A stretch of 64,000 nucleotides of DNA. It comes from Minisyncoccota bacterium (lineage in GTDB: Bacteria; Patescibacteriota; Minisyncoccia; Phycocordibacterales; Phycocordibacteraceae). Every line of letters starts with the position of its first letter. The stretch's first letter is position 1. The stretch spans positions 20,625 through 84,624 of the forward strand of contig DASWNF010000009.1 in the NCBI GenBank assembly GCA_036399335.1, read 5' to 3'. The notes under the pieces were generated by a model, which made no database searches, was not told the origin of the DNA, and saw only the letters and a program-made list of their open reading frames with translations. Both the position numbers and the translations under genes were made by a program. This document shows, piece after piece, positions 47,848 to 57,510 of this stretch.

Positions 47848-48457
47848 CTAGCTTTTTACGAAGGTTCTTCATGTGTACGTCGAGCACGTTACTGAAGGCA
47901 GGGAAGTCGAAGCTCCACACGTGGTCCAGGACCGTTTCGCGTTTTACGGCCTCGTTCGGATTGCGCATGAAGAACTCAAGGAGCGAGAACTCTTTAAGGG
48001 TAAGGGAAACCTCTTTGCCGCCCTTGGTAACCGTGTGCTTTCCGGGGTCGAGGGTAATGTCGCGGATAGCAAGCACGGACGGCAACGCGTGCTCCGGGCG
48101 GCGGAGGACCGCGTTAATGCGGGCCACAAGCTCGTCGAAGGAGAACGGCTTCGAAAGGTAGTCGTCAGCGCCGAGGTTAAGGAGGTCGACCTTGGTCTCG
48201 GTCTCGTCACGGGCCGTAAGGACGATGATAGGAGTTGAGACGCCCGCTTCGCGCACATCCTTGCAGATGGTGGCACCGTCGACGCCAGGGAGCATGAGAT
48301 CGAGCAGGATGACGTCGTACTCGTCGCGGTAGAGCATCATGCGGGTACGCGCCTTCTCGGCGTCAGCAAGCCAGTCCACGGTAAAGCCCTTGAGTTCAAG
48401 GCCTTTTTTCGTGGCTTCTGCCAGCTTCTCTTCGTCTTCTACGATTAGGATACGCAT
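47780..48457 (-). CDS. OmpR/PhoB family response regulator
   Basis: ILIVEDE, LLDLMLP, GADDYLSKPF, ETIRGIGY. Confidence 0.96.
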   Translation of the reverse strand: MRILIVEDEEKLAEATKKGLELKGFTVDWLADAEKARTRMMLYRDEYDVILLDLMLPGVDGATICKDVREAGVSTPIIVLTARDETETKVDLLNLGADDYLSKPFSFDELVARINAVLRRPEHALPSVLAIRDITLDPGKHTVTKGGKEVSLTLKEFSLLEFFMRNPNEAVKRETVLDHVWSFDFPAFSNVLDVHMKNLRKKLDDYEDSDPLFETIRGIGYRLNG

Positions 48458-48499
48458 AGGATGATTATTTAAAGTACCTCTGCAGTATCAAGCATAGAG

Positions 48500-48533
48500 C
48501 ATGAACGCTTCATGAATTATCTTCATGAAGCGT
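48500..48533. promoter_or_regulatory. Candidate operator upstream of response regulator
   Basis: CATGAA direct repeats 11 bp apart; perfect inverted repeat ACGCTTCATGAA-TTATC-TTCATGAAGCGT. Confidence 0.5.
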
Positions 48534-48553
48534 ATATTTATTATTATCTAGAA

Positions 48554-48940
48554 TTAGGTGCCTTTCTGCGCTTCAAGCTCAAGCGTCTTAATGCGAGCGG
48601 CGAGCGGGTCAAAGTGTTGGTGGAATGTCCCGACCTGCTTGTCGATGGCAATGGCGAAGTCGCCACGGGTAGTCTCAAATTCCTTCTGCACTGAGTCCCT
48701 GAAGGCGTTAATGTCCTGTCTGGTCGTCGAAAATTCTTCGGCTGTTGACCGCGCCAAACTATCAATTTCTTCACGTGTCAGCACAAACTCTGCAGTCATG
48801 GTTTTACGCAAATCCTCAATCGAGCCCTCTAGAGTCCCAACAGAACCCTTCAAATTCTCAATCGAACCCTTTAAGGTCTCACTTAGTTGGTCAATTTTCG
48901 CCTCAAGCGCCTTCATTGGGTCGAGTATATCATCCTGCAT
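48554..48940 (-). CDS. Coiled-coil hypothetical protein
   Basis: Heptad repeats GSIENLK-GSVGTLE-GSIEDLR. Confidence 0.65.
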   Translation of the reverse strand: MQDDILDPMKALEAKIDQLSETLKGSIENLKGSVGTLEGSIEDLRKTMTAEFVLTREEIDSLARSTAEEFSTTRQDINAFRDSVQKEFETTRGDFAIAIDKQVGTFHQHFDPLAARIKTLELEAQKGT

Positions 48941-48951
48941 ATTTTTCGGAA

Positions 48952-49410
48952 TTATCGGGTAACACAATAAGGCTCGCTGTCTTCTATGGAGGCCTCGGCA
49001 GCAGCAGGGGCGCAAATAGTGAGGCGCCCAGATGCAGTGTCACGGACAATGGTATATCCGGTATCGTAATCCTCACCCGTAATCCCAACGGAGGGATCGA
49101 CAGGGAGCTCGGCGATGTAGAGGGGGACGAGGCAGGAGCGCAAGTCGAATTGTCGAGCCGCTATACGTACGGCATCAATAGGGATGTCTCCTGGACAGTC
49201 TCCTGTGCCAGCCAATAAGCCGCGATTCTCTGCCATACGCGTACTGAGAGCATTCAGGATTGCGTGTATGTTGCTTACGCGCTGAGTATTGCGCGCTTGT
49301 GCAAATTGGCGCGCAGGATTAATGGCAACGAGAACACTTGAAGCGAGTATGGCGATGAGGCCCATTACTATTAATATTTCAATCAGGGTAAATCCGTGGG
49401 TCTGGCGCAT
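48952..49410 (-). CDS. Type IV pilin
   Basis: G/FTLIEILIVMGLIAILA..VLVAINP..QF..ARN..R. Confidence 0.92.
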   Translation of the reverse strand: MRQTHGFTLIEILIVMGLIAILASSVLVAINPARQFAQARNTQRVSNIHAILNALSTRMAENRGLLAGTGDCPGDIPIDAVRIAARQFDLRSCLVPLYIAELPVDPSVGITGEDYDTGYTIVRDTASGRLTICAPAAAEASIEDSEPYCVTR

Positions 49411-49516
49411 ACCCTTAGTCTAGGTTCCGGTTAAGAAAAACAGGCGTAATTAGAGGTGCGCACAGGGCAGCTAGGGCAGGAATTATTTTAGGTATATTCC
49501 ATAGCGCACACATCCC

Positions 49517-49861
49517 TTACCGATGAATCCGTTCTGAATAAGTGGTATGACCAACCCGAGAAAAAGCGATGACTGACTCGCCGCTATCGTCAGGCAGGAC
49601 AAGGCAGGTAGATTCTTTGGATAGTCGCACCACATCTCCATCCGTATCCGGGTAGTAGGAAGAGTCTTGTACGATCAAGATGCGGACGGCCGCGCCGCAG
49701 GCACGGGCAGCATGTTTCGCTATAACCCTGTTTTCCAGGTCCGTGCTATTCATTCTCGAATAGAAGCTTGACTGGGTAGCCGTAATCGCGAACGAGGTGA
49801 GTGTGAGCGAAAGGAGGAATATGGTCACTAGGGCGATGTAAGCGCGGTGCGTATGAGTCAT
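49517..49861 (-). CDS. Minor pilin (PilX-like)
   Basis: RA/YIALVTIFLL leader without Glu5, inside pilin operon. Confidence 0.65.
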   Translation of the reverse strand: MTHTHRAYIALVTIFLLSLTLTSFAITATQSSFYSRMNSTDLENRVIAKHAARACGAAVRILIVQDSSYYPDTDGDVVRLSKESTCLVLPDDSGESVIAFSRVGHTTYSERIHR

Positions 49862-50319
49862 GACGCAGTAAGCACTAAAAGGCGCTTAACTTCTCGAACT
49901 ACGGGCTGCCCGCTTCTGGTTCGTGTAGATAGCCGTATCTCTAGATGCAGGTCTGCACCCCTCCTTTCAAAGGAAAGCACCTCTGTGGTTATATCTCCAT
50001 CGCTTACCAGAAGGACGCCGTGACTATCCTCTAATACGATATGGTCTTCTGTCACATAGATGCTGAAGACCCCTTCAGGCGTGCGGGCGCTAAGCCGGCG
50101 CCCATGTCCATTTGGACCTGGCTCTTCAATTGTTTGGGCCTGGCTGACTACGTACTCAACCTTCTGTACGACAAACTCCAGCTCATCTGTGAGCCGTGCA
50201 TCAGTCTCGACCCGCGCTGCACTATCGGTAACGGCGCGAAAGGCAGTCGCTATACCCGTCACGAGTACGGAGAAGAGCGCAATATAGAGAAGCAGTTCAA
50301 TCATCGTGAAGCCGCGCAT
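49858..50319 (-). CDS. Minor pilin (PilW/PulJ-like)
   Basis: RG/FTMIELLLYIAL. Confidence 0.85.
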   Translation of the reverse strand: MRGFTMIELLLYIALFSVLVTGIATAFRAVTDSAARVETDARLTDELEFVVQKVEYVVSQAQTIEEPGPNGHGRRLSARTPEGVFSIYVTEDHIVLEDSHGVLLVSDGDITTEVLSFERRGADLHLEIRLSTRTRSGQPVVREVKRLLVLTAS

Positions 50320-50321
50320 AT

Positions 50322-51782
50322 TCAAGTACTTTCATACGCTTCAATGAACCCGCGACCGCCCTCGTCTGTTGAACCGATAAACAGGGTATTGCCGCGGCAC
50401 GAAAGCGCGGTTCCCGTACCGGCGAGATTAACCGGTACGGCTTGCTCGACATAGGATTCGTTTATTGGAGCAAGCGTAAGGAGACGTTTGCCGGATAATA
50501 CGAGGACAAGGCCTTGCCGCACGATGAGGCCGTTAACGCTTTCCGGCTGTAGCGACTTTCCCAGGTCTACGCTAGCAAGGGGAGTCGGTGCTTGCAGATT
50601 AGTAGTGTCGAGTACCCAAAACTCGGGTGCATTATTTACATACGTGCGGCCAAGGTACACTTGTCCGTCCCGCACAAATATACGATTACCAAGACCGAAA
50701 TTCTGAGATCCGGGTGCATCCCATGTCCCGACAATGCGCGGACGTGAGGGTTCGCGTATATCGACAATAATAAGTTCCCTTAAGGGATCGCTTGTGGCGA
50801 GATATGCGTGCCCGTTGGAAACGGCGATGCCGTGTACGCTCCTCCCAACACGCACCCCTCCGAGCCACGCTGGACTCGAAGGGTTCCGGACATCGATAAT
50901 ATTGAATTCCATTCCGTCTACCGTTTTCTCGAGACCTACGTATAGGATTTCCTCGGCGTAAAGCAAGCTTTTTCCGGGGGTGGTCAAACTCCCTGCGCTT
51001 ATAGCCCTCGCGCCGGTAGTCGTACCTAGCGCAAGGCTACCGACAAGCTCCCCCTGAGGTGAGAGTATGTGCACTTGGCTGCACGCATACGACATACACG
51101 TGGCAGGGCTTGCGCTGCCAAAGGCATTAGCCGCATATATGTAGCCCTGTCCAGCAACAACAGCGGCATACCCCGTCCTTGAGGTGGGAGCGTTGTCATG
51201 TGCCCTAAGTAGTTGCGGATGTTCGGGGAAGTTACCCAGGGAATAAAAAGACAGAGTGGCATCACCTGGTCCGAGTGTCGTTGAGAGTGACGTCACGAGG
51301 AGGTCTCTGCTAATTGCGATGCCCGAAATTGCATAAGAGCCTGCGCCTAAGGGGAATGAGGCTGCTTTCCTAAGCGCAGACCACGTACCGAAGAGAATTG
51401 GGCTGCAAGACTCAAACCTGGCAGCATCAGGGTTAGTGATGAGTGATGCTACTTGGACGCGTCTGTGTTCTCCGCGAGCATCGGTCCACCCGACATAGGC
51501 CTCGACAAAGGCCGCGAGCGGCGCATGAAGGGGCACCAGGCTGAGCTCCTGCTCAAAGCCGTCTTCCGTAGTTGTTGAGGTGTTGGCGAGTGAGGTGAAG
51601 TCTTTGTTTGCGCGGGTTTTGGCACGGTCGAGCAGGGTATCGGCGACCGCATAGGCGTGCCGCTCTAGACGCGCGTTCTCGAGCATTAAGGGTGCGCCGA
51701 GTACCAATAGTGACGCGGCAATAATCCCGGTCATCCCTACGGCGCAGGCAATAAGGAGCTCGATAATAGAGAAGGCGCGCAT
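50322..51782 (-). CDS. Pilin-leader protein with LVIVD-type beta-propeller
   Basis: RA/FSIIELLIA; repeats FNIIDVRNPSSP, LIIVDIREPSRP. Confidence 0.8.
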   Translation of the reverse strand: MRAFSIIELLIACAVGMTGIIAASLLVLGAPLMLENARLERHAYAVADTLLDRAKTRANKDFTSLANTSTTTEDGFEQELSLVPLHAPLAAFVEAYVGWTDARGEHRRVQVASLITNPDAARFESCSPILFGTWSALRKAASFPLGAGSYAISGIAISRDLLVTSLSTTLGPGDATLSFYSLGNFPEHPQLLRAHDNAPTSRTGYAAVVAGQGYIYAANAFGSASPATCMSYACSQVHILSPQGELVGSLALGTTTGARAISAGSLTTPGKSLLYAEEILYVGLEKTVDGMEFNIIDVRNPSSPAWLGGVRVGRSVHGIAVSNGHAYLATSDPLRELIIVDIREPSRPRIVGTWDAPGSQNFGLGNRIFVRDGQVYLGRTYVNNAPEFWVLDTTNLQAPTPLASVDLGKSLQPESVNGLIVRQGLVLVLSGKRLLTLAPINESYVEQAVPVNLAGTGTALSCRGNTLFIGSTDEGGRGFIEAYEST

Positions 51783-51783
51783 A

Positions 51784-52212
51784 TTAGTGGATGCTAATGC
51801 TGCCGATTCGGCTTACCGACAATATTCTTACTTTCCCCGGGCCGGTATCGATCCGCACGGCTACCGGCTGCTTCACATCCCCAGATTGTGGGAGGAAAGA
51901 GATTTCCGTTGGCTCAAGCTGCAAGTGACCGGAAAGCGGAATACGCTCGTACGTAACATCGGCATCAAGGAGCGCTATCTCATCCGAAGTAATGCGTACC
52001 GACTGTATTGTGCCGGCGTGGCACGCCGCTTCCCGGCATGACTCAGTCATCGCAAGGACACGGGCCCGCCGCAGGAAGAGCATTATTTGGTCAACTTCAG
52101 ATTGGGCCGCTACTCGACGGTACTCGCTGGCACCTGTCCATGCGGCACCTCCCAGTAAGACGGTCAGTATGCCCAGTACGCACATGAGTTCGATGAGAGT
52201 GAACGCGCGCAT
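51784..52212 (-). CDS. Minor pilin (FimT/GspH-like)
   Basis: RA/FTLIELMCVLGIL...LRRARVLAM. Confidence 0.8.
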   Translation of the reverse strand: MRAFTLIELMCVLGILTVLLGGAAWTGASEYRRVAAQSEVDQIMLFLRRARVLAMTESCREAACHAGTIQSVRITSDEIALLDADVTYERIPLSGHLQLEPTEISFLPQSGDVKQPVAVRIDTGPGKVRILSVSRIGSISIH

Positions 52213-52213
52213 G

Positions 52214-53302
52214 TTACGGGGAGTTGAGGGTATTCGTAATGCTGTATATGGGAGAAACAATGGCCATCGCCACGAAGCCGATAATTAGGCCCATAAACAC
52301 CATGAGGACTGGTTCGACCAAGTCGGTTAAAAGGTTTATGGTTTCAGCCAAGTCTTCCTCAAACAAGTCAGCCGCCGTCCCGAGCGTCTTACTTAAGGAT
52401 CCGCTTGCCTCACCGGCGGCAGCCAGCTCGACTAGTGACGGATGATAGAGCTCGGGATGGCTGCCTAGGGAGTGAGAGAAGCGATTGCCGTGTTCAATCT
52501 CTTTGCGGAGCGTCTCAAGGCTCTTTTGATATAGGTGATGCTCGATGCCCTCACGGACCAGTACAAGGGAGGGTATGAGCGGGGTACCGCTGCCAAGAAG
52601 TATTGAAAGGGTGCGTGAGATGTGGCCGCTGTAATAGGTACGGGATAAGTCCCGTACGAAGGGAAGCTGCAAGGTGAGTTTCTGTATCATGCGGCGTATG
52701 CGCGCTGTACGCAGGCCCAACCCAACGCCTGTCGTAAGCAGGAGTGCGGCCAGTAGTAGTGCCATTCCGTGAGAAGCGAACAGGCTCGAAACTACCATAA
52801 GTACTTTTGTAGATAATGGAAGCACCGTGCCAAAGCTGCGGAAGATGGGTACGATTTTAGGCAACGCGTAGAGCATGAGAAAAGTCAGCACGCCACCTGC
52901 GCCACATATGATAATTAAAGGGTACACACATGCCGTTCGAACCTTTCGAATAACCACACGCCTCTTCCTGAGAAGGGTTGCGGCCTGGGCCAAGTAGAGA
53001 GACAGGTTCCCACTTTGCTCGCCAAGCCGTATGAGGTGGATTTCAAAGACCGGAATACTGGGTATGGCGCGTGGAAGCGCTACGGAAAGTTGAACTCCTG
53101 ACCGAATTGACTCCTCTACGCGGGCGAGCAATGCACGACGCGTACCGTCTGCTGTACTCCCGAGTAACTGCAAGGATGCGTGGATTGGTATGCCTGATCG
53201 AAGGAAGAGTGAAAGCCGTTCGTAGAGAAGGATCCGGCCCATGACCGTCATGCGAAGGTCGGTGCGCCAGGACTGGACTGCCGTGACTAGTGAGCTAAGC
53301 AT
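52214..53302 (-). CDS. Type IV pilus/T2SS platform protein (PilC/GspF)
   Basis: LRSGIPI, GEQSGNL, YP, GEASGSL, LVEP. Confidence 0.92.
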   Translation of the reverse strand: MLSSLVTAVQSWRTDLRMTVMGRILLYERLSLFLRSGIPIHASLQLLGSTADGTRRALLARVEESIRSGVQLSVALPRAIPSIPVFEIHLIRLGEQSGNLSLYLAQAATLLRKRRVVIRKVRTACVYPLIIICGAGGVLTFLMLYALPKIVPIFRSFGTVLPLSTKVLMVVSSLFASHGMALLLAALLLTTGVGLGLRTARIRRMIQKLTLQLPFVRDLSRTYYSGHISRTLSILLGSGTPLIPSLVLVREGIEHHLYQKSLETLRKEIEHGNRFSHSLGSHPELYHPSLVELAAAGEASGSLSKTLGTAADLFEEDLAETINLLTDLVEPVLMVFMGLIIGFVAMAIVSPIYSITNTLNSP

Positions 53303-54428
53303 GGCGGAGACAGGTAAGCTCTTCTATAGAAGTGTGACCTTGTGCAGCCTTTCCGTACCCGTCTTCGAGAAGGGAAGGAATACCGTTCGCACGGATGCGG
53401 GCAACGAGTGACGTACGGTCAGGTCTATGTAAAAACTCCTCGCGAAACTCCTGGGTAACCTCAAAAACCTCATAGAGTGCAATACGTCCTTTGAAGCCAC
53501 TGCCTCGGCAAGTGCGGCACTCATGCGAAGGAGGGCGCGCCGCATGTGCGCCACAAGCCCTGCATCGCTTACGCACCAAGCGTTGTGCTATGACGAGGGA
53601 AACGGTTGAGGCAATGACATACGGATCTACTCCCAGATCCTGAAGTCGGGGGAAGGCGCCTGCTACGTCGTTTGCATGCAGCGTCGTAAGTACGAGGTGT
53701 CCGGTCAGGGCAGCGTGCGCGGCAAGGCTGGCGGTCTCCTGGTCCCTGACCTCGCCGACCATAATGACATCTGGATCCTGGCGTAAGAGGCTTCTGAGTC
53801 CGACCGAGAAGGTGTACCCCGCTTGTTGGTTTACTTGTGTTTGTACCACTTCCGCAAGCTCGTACTCCACCGGCTCCTCAATACTAACCATGCTTTTTGT
53901 ACCGGTAGCCAAGAATCGCATACAGGCGTAGAGGGTAGTAGTCTTCCCGCTTCCCGTAGGGCCCGTCACGATAACCATGCCGTGCGCCTGTCCCAGGGTT
54001 CGCAAGACAGACTCCCTTTGTGCATTGGTGAGCGCAAGTGAATCCAGCGAAAAAGACTCAGCGACCAGGAACCGGAGTACTGCGTTCTCGCCATGTATGG
54101 CAGGAGCAATCGAAAGACGGATATCAATAGTGGAGTCGTCACAAATATACTTGAACTTTCCGTCCTGTGGCAGGAAGTGCTCGTCTATCCTTAGTCCAGC
54201 CAGGACTTTTAGTCTTGCGACAAGTTCGTCGTGTGCATCTTTGGGACATTCTTGCAGGGCTCGCACCTGCCCGTCTACGCGTATTCGTGCGATAACTTTA
54301 GTACTCGTGGGAGTAAGATGCAGGTCAGAAGCGCCCTCGGCGCACGCCTGGGTAATAAGCGAATCAAGTAGGTGGGGGCTAAGTACGCCAGACGAGCGTG
54401 AAGTTAATGGGGCGGTAATCTTTTCCAT
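53295..54428 (-). CDS. Type IV pilus assembly ATPase (PilB/GspE, short)
   Basis: ASDLHL, GPTGSGKTTTLY, LRQDPDVIMVGEVRD, TGHLV, CxxC pairs. Confidence 0.94.
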   Translation of the reverse strand: MEKITAPLTSRSSGVLSPHLLDSLITQACAEGASDLHLTPTSTKVIARIRVDGQVRALQECPKDAHDELVARLKVLAGLRIDEHFLPQDGKFKYICDDSTIDIRLSIAPAIHGENAVLRFLVAESFSLDSLALTNAQRESVLRTLGQAHGMVIVTGPTGSGKTTTLYACMRFLATGTKSMVSIEEPVEYELAEVVQTQVNQQAGYTFSVGLRSLLRQDPDVIMVGEVRDQETASLAAHAALTGHLVLTTLHANDVAGAFPRLQDLGVDPYVIASTVSLVIAQRLVRKRCRACGAHAARPPSHECRTCRGSGFKGRIALYEVFEVTQEFREEFLHRPDRTSLVARIRANGIPSLLEDGYGKAAQGHTSIEELTCLRHA

Positions 54429-54555
54429 AGCTATCTATATAGGGTAAGGCGACGCAACAGAATGCGCTTGGATTTAAAGCTGCGTTTGCCAACATTAGGC
54501 TATCCTTGGCTTTAACTTCGCGTTAGGAATGCATAATGCGTGGTAGCATTCTCAT

Positions 54556-54948
54556 ATGACTGACAAACAACAACACATCCTGACGATCGCACTCGTGCTT
54601 GTAGCCGGGCTCTTGGGCGGGTACATGATTGGCGGGCATGCACACGGGAAGGGGGGCCATGGGCATGGTGACGAGAAGTCGCATATGGACGGCGGCCACA
54701 GCATGCGTGACCAGATGCACAGCATGACTGCCGGACTTGAGGGGAAAGAAGGTACGGAGTTTGATAAGGCCTTCCTCCACGACATGATTGATCACCACGA
54801 AGGGGCGGTCGATATGGCACAGCTCGCGCTCGTGCACGCAGAACGTCCTGAGATAAAGGCGCTTGCCCAGAAAATAATTGATTCGCAAGGTGCCGAATTG
54901 ACGCAGATGGAAACCTGGCACCACGACTGGTTCCACGCAGGGGAGTAA
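54556..54948 (+). CDS. DUF305 family protein, His-rich
   Basis: FDKAFL.DMI.HH.GAV.MA...LA..II..Q..E...M. Confidence 0.88.
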   Translation: MTDKQQHILTIALVLVAGLLGGYMIGGHAHGKGGHGHGDEKSHMDGGHSMRDQMHSMTAGLEGKEGTEFDKAFLHDMIDHHEGAVDMAQLALVHAERPEIKALAQKIIDSQGAELTQMETWHHDWFHAGE

Positions 54949-55076
54949 GGAGTGTGAGTAAGCAAAACGCCGTCCTTATAGGGCGGCGTTTTGCTTACGG
55001 ACGAGCTTCATAATTCCTTAACTCATCAGGTGCTTAAATGCGGCCTGGATCGCTTATAACTAATGACCCTCTGAAC

Positions 55077-55325
55077 ATGAGCATTATCTTGTGGATTGTT
55101 TTCGGTGCTATCGTCGGTTGGCTCGCGTCTATCATTATGAAGACGAACGGCCAGCAAAACCTCCTTCTGGACATCATTGTCGGTATCGTAGGTGCCCTCC
55201 TCGGCGGTTGGATCATGACGATGCTCGGCCAGGAGAGCGCGTCCGGCTTCAACCTTTACAGCTTTGTGGTTGCCCTCATCGGCGCAATCGTGCTGCTCGC
55301 AATCGTGAAGGCCGTCCGCCGCTAA
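55077..55325 (+). CDS. GlsB/YeaQ/YmgE stress-response membrane protein
   Basis: WIVFGAIVGWLAS...IIVGIVGALLGG. Confidence 0.92.
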   Translation: MSIILWIVFGAIVGWLASIIMKTNGQQNLLLDIIVGIVGALLGGWIMTMLGQESASGFNLYSFVVALIGAIVLLAIVKAVRR

Positions 55326-55388
55326 TATCCGAAAGCCCTTTTGAAAGGCCGCCTCATGAGGCGGCCTTTCTGGTACACTAATGGACAT

Positions 55389-55940
55389 ATGGCATACGAC
55401 TTTTCCAAATTAAAGACCCAGATTAAGGAGACGGAGGAATGGCTGCAGCGCGAGCTCGCCGGCGTCCGGACCGGGCGTGCTACTCCAGCACTCCTCGACT
55501 CCATCAAGGCCGAAGCATACGGCGCCCGCACACCAGTTACCGGTCTTGCGTCGCTTACCGTCGAGGACGCGCGTACGATACGCGTCGTACCGTGGGACAA
55601 GACGGTCTCAAAGGCCATCGAAAAGGCGATTAATGACGCTGACCTCGGCGTGTCGGTTGCCGTCGATGACACGGGCCTCCGCGTCATCTTCCCTGAGCTT
55701 ACGGCTGACCGCCGCACGATGCTCTCAAAGCTTGCCGGCGAGCGCCTTGAGCAGGCGCGCGTTACGCTGCGCGGCCACCGCGCCGAAGCGCTCAAGGATC
55801 TTGAGGCCGCAGAGAAAGAAGGCGGTATGGGACAGGACGATTTGAAGCGCCTTAAGGAAGAAGCACAGAAGTACGTCGCCGGCTGCATGGACACACTTGA
55901 GGCGCTTGCGAAGAAGAAACAGGAAGACATCGCCCAGTAA
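55389..55940 (+). CDS. frr: Ribosome recycling factor
   Basis: VRTGRATPALLD, PWD, IEKAI, FPELT.DRR. Confidence 0.95.
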   Translation: MAYDFSKLKTQIKETEEWLQRELAGVRTGRATPALLDSIKAEAYGARTPVTGLASLTVEDARTIRVVPWDKTVSKAIEKAINDADLGVSVAVDDTGLRVIFPELTADRRTMLSKLAGERLEQARVTLRGHRAEALKDLEAAEKEGGMGQDDLKRLKEEAQKYVAGCMDTLEALAKKKQEDIAQ

Positions 55941-55942
55941 GC

Positions 55943-57034
55943 ATGAGCGTCATCCTCTTCATCCTCATACTGGTACTGCTCATCGTCGTGCACGAGTTCG
56001 GGCACTTTGTCGTAGCGAAGCTTTCGGGCATGCGCGTCGATGAGTTCGGTATCGGGTACCCGCCAAGGATTGCCGGGTTCAGGAAAGGGGAGACGGAATA
56101 CACGCTTAACGCGCTCCCGTTCGGTGGCTTCGTAAGCATCTTCGGGGAAGACGACACGGAGGCTGGCTCGCCGCGCGCCTTTGCCGCGCGCCCGCGCATC
56201 CTCCAGGCAGCGACGCTCGTGGCGGGTATCGTGATGAACCTCCTTCTCGGCTACGTCATCATCTCGGGCATGCTTGCGGTGGGCACCCCGCGCTCGCTCA
56301 CTGCAGAAGAAGCGGCGCGCACTCCGGACGCGCGTCTCGTCGTAGCGAGCGTCCTGCCGGGCAGTCCTGCAGAGAAGGCCGGCCTACAGGCAGGGGATAC
56401 GATTAAGGAAACGACGAATGCCGCCGGTATATTTACAACGAACGACCCCTCCGCATTCACGGCGTACGTGTCGGATACCGTCGTGAGCGGCCCGCTTACA
56501 CTCGTAGTCGAGCGTAATGGCGCGCTTGAATCGCTTACGGCAGCCCCTGAGACCGGCGTGATAGCCGGGGAACCGGAACGCCGCGCGCTTGGCATATCGC
56601 TTGCGACCGTGGGCACGCTTGCAGTGCCGTGGTACTTGGCGCCTATCGAGGGCGCGAAACTTACCTGGGAAATAACCAAGCAGGTGGGAGCTGGGCTCAT
56701 TGGTTTCTTTGGCAGCGTCTTTACGCTTTCGGCGGACCTTGCACAAGTCTCGGGACCTGTCGGCATTGCAGGCGCCGTGGGCGACGCCTATGACCAGGGA
56801 CTAACGCCCCTCTTTACCATTACCGCGCTCATATCCATAAACTTGGCGCTCATTAACCTCCTTCCGATACCGGCGCTCGATGGCGGCAGGCTCCTCTTCG
56901 TCATTATCGAATCCATCACTCGTCGCCCGATACCGGCCTTGTTCGTGCGGACGGTGAACGTTGCCGGTTTCGCCTTCCTCATCCTCCTCATGCTGGTCAT
57001 AACGGCGAGCGATATCCTGAAGCTCGTGTTCTAG
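55943..57034 (+). CDS. rseP: RIP metalloprotease RseP (M50) with PDZ
   Basis: HEFGH, EFGIG, GPVGI, NLLPIPALDGG. Confidence 0.93.
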   Translation: MSVILFILILVLLIVVHEFGHFVVAKLSGMRVDEFGIGYPPRIAGFRKGETEYTLNALPFGGFVSIFGEDDTEAGSPRAFAARPRILQAATLVAGIVMNLLLGYVIISGMLAVGTPRSLTAEEAARTPDARLVVASVLPGSPAEKAGLQAGDTIKETTNAAGIFTTNDPSAFTAYVSDTVVSGPLTLVVERNGALESLTAAPETGVIAGEPERRALGISLATVGTLAVPWYLAPIEGAKLTWEITKQVGAGLIGFFGSVFTLSADLAQVSGPVGIAGAVGDAYDQGLTPLFTITALISINLALINLLPIPALDGGRLLFVIIESITRRPIPALFVRTVNVAGFAFLILLMLVITASDILKLVF

Positions 57035-57052
57035 CGAGGTATACTAATTCCT

Positions 57053-57346
57053 ATGGACGAAGAACAGCTGACGCTTGCGCGGATGCAGCAACTCCTTGAG
57101 GAGAACCTCGAGCTTGCCGAGGAGAATAACCAGCTCCTGCGGAAGATGCGCCGTATGGGGCGCCTTCGCATGGTTGGCTGGATCCTTCTCATCATCCTCC
57201 CGTTCCTCCTTCTCATCCCGGTCATGAACGTACTTATCCCAAGTACTGGCGGGGAAGACTCGGGAATCTTCGGGCTCCCTACGGTAGAGCGCGTACAACG
57301 GGCGCTTGAAGCCCTGCAGAGCCAGGAAATAGGGGAGCGGCTCTAG
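57053..57346 (+). CDS. Hypothetical membrane protein
   Basis: LLEENLELAEENNQLLRKMRR followed by TM. Confidence 0.75.
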   Translation: MDEEQLTLARMQQLLEENLELAEENNQLLRKMRRMGRLRMVGWILLIILPFLLLIPVMNVLIPSTGGEDSGIFGLPTVERVQRALEALQSQEIGERL

Positions 57347-57388
57347 TGGAAAAAGCAGGGCGATGTGCTAGCATACCTCTACTCAAGC

Positions 57389-57464
57389 GCTTGGATAGCT
57401 CAGTTGGTAGAGCACTTCCCTGAAGAGGAAGGGGTCGTCGGTTCGAACCCGACTCCAAGCACCA
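57389..57464 (+). tRNA. tRNA-Phe(GAA)
   Basis: GCTTGGA/TCCAAGC acceptor, CTTCC-CTGAAGA-GGAAG, encoded CCA. Confidence 0.95.
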
Positions 57465-57510
57465 CGTGAGGTTGAAACAAAAAGAGCTGGCATGCGCCAG
57501 CTCTTTTTGT

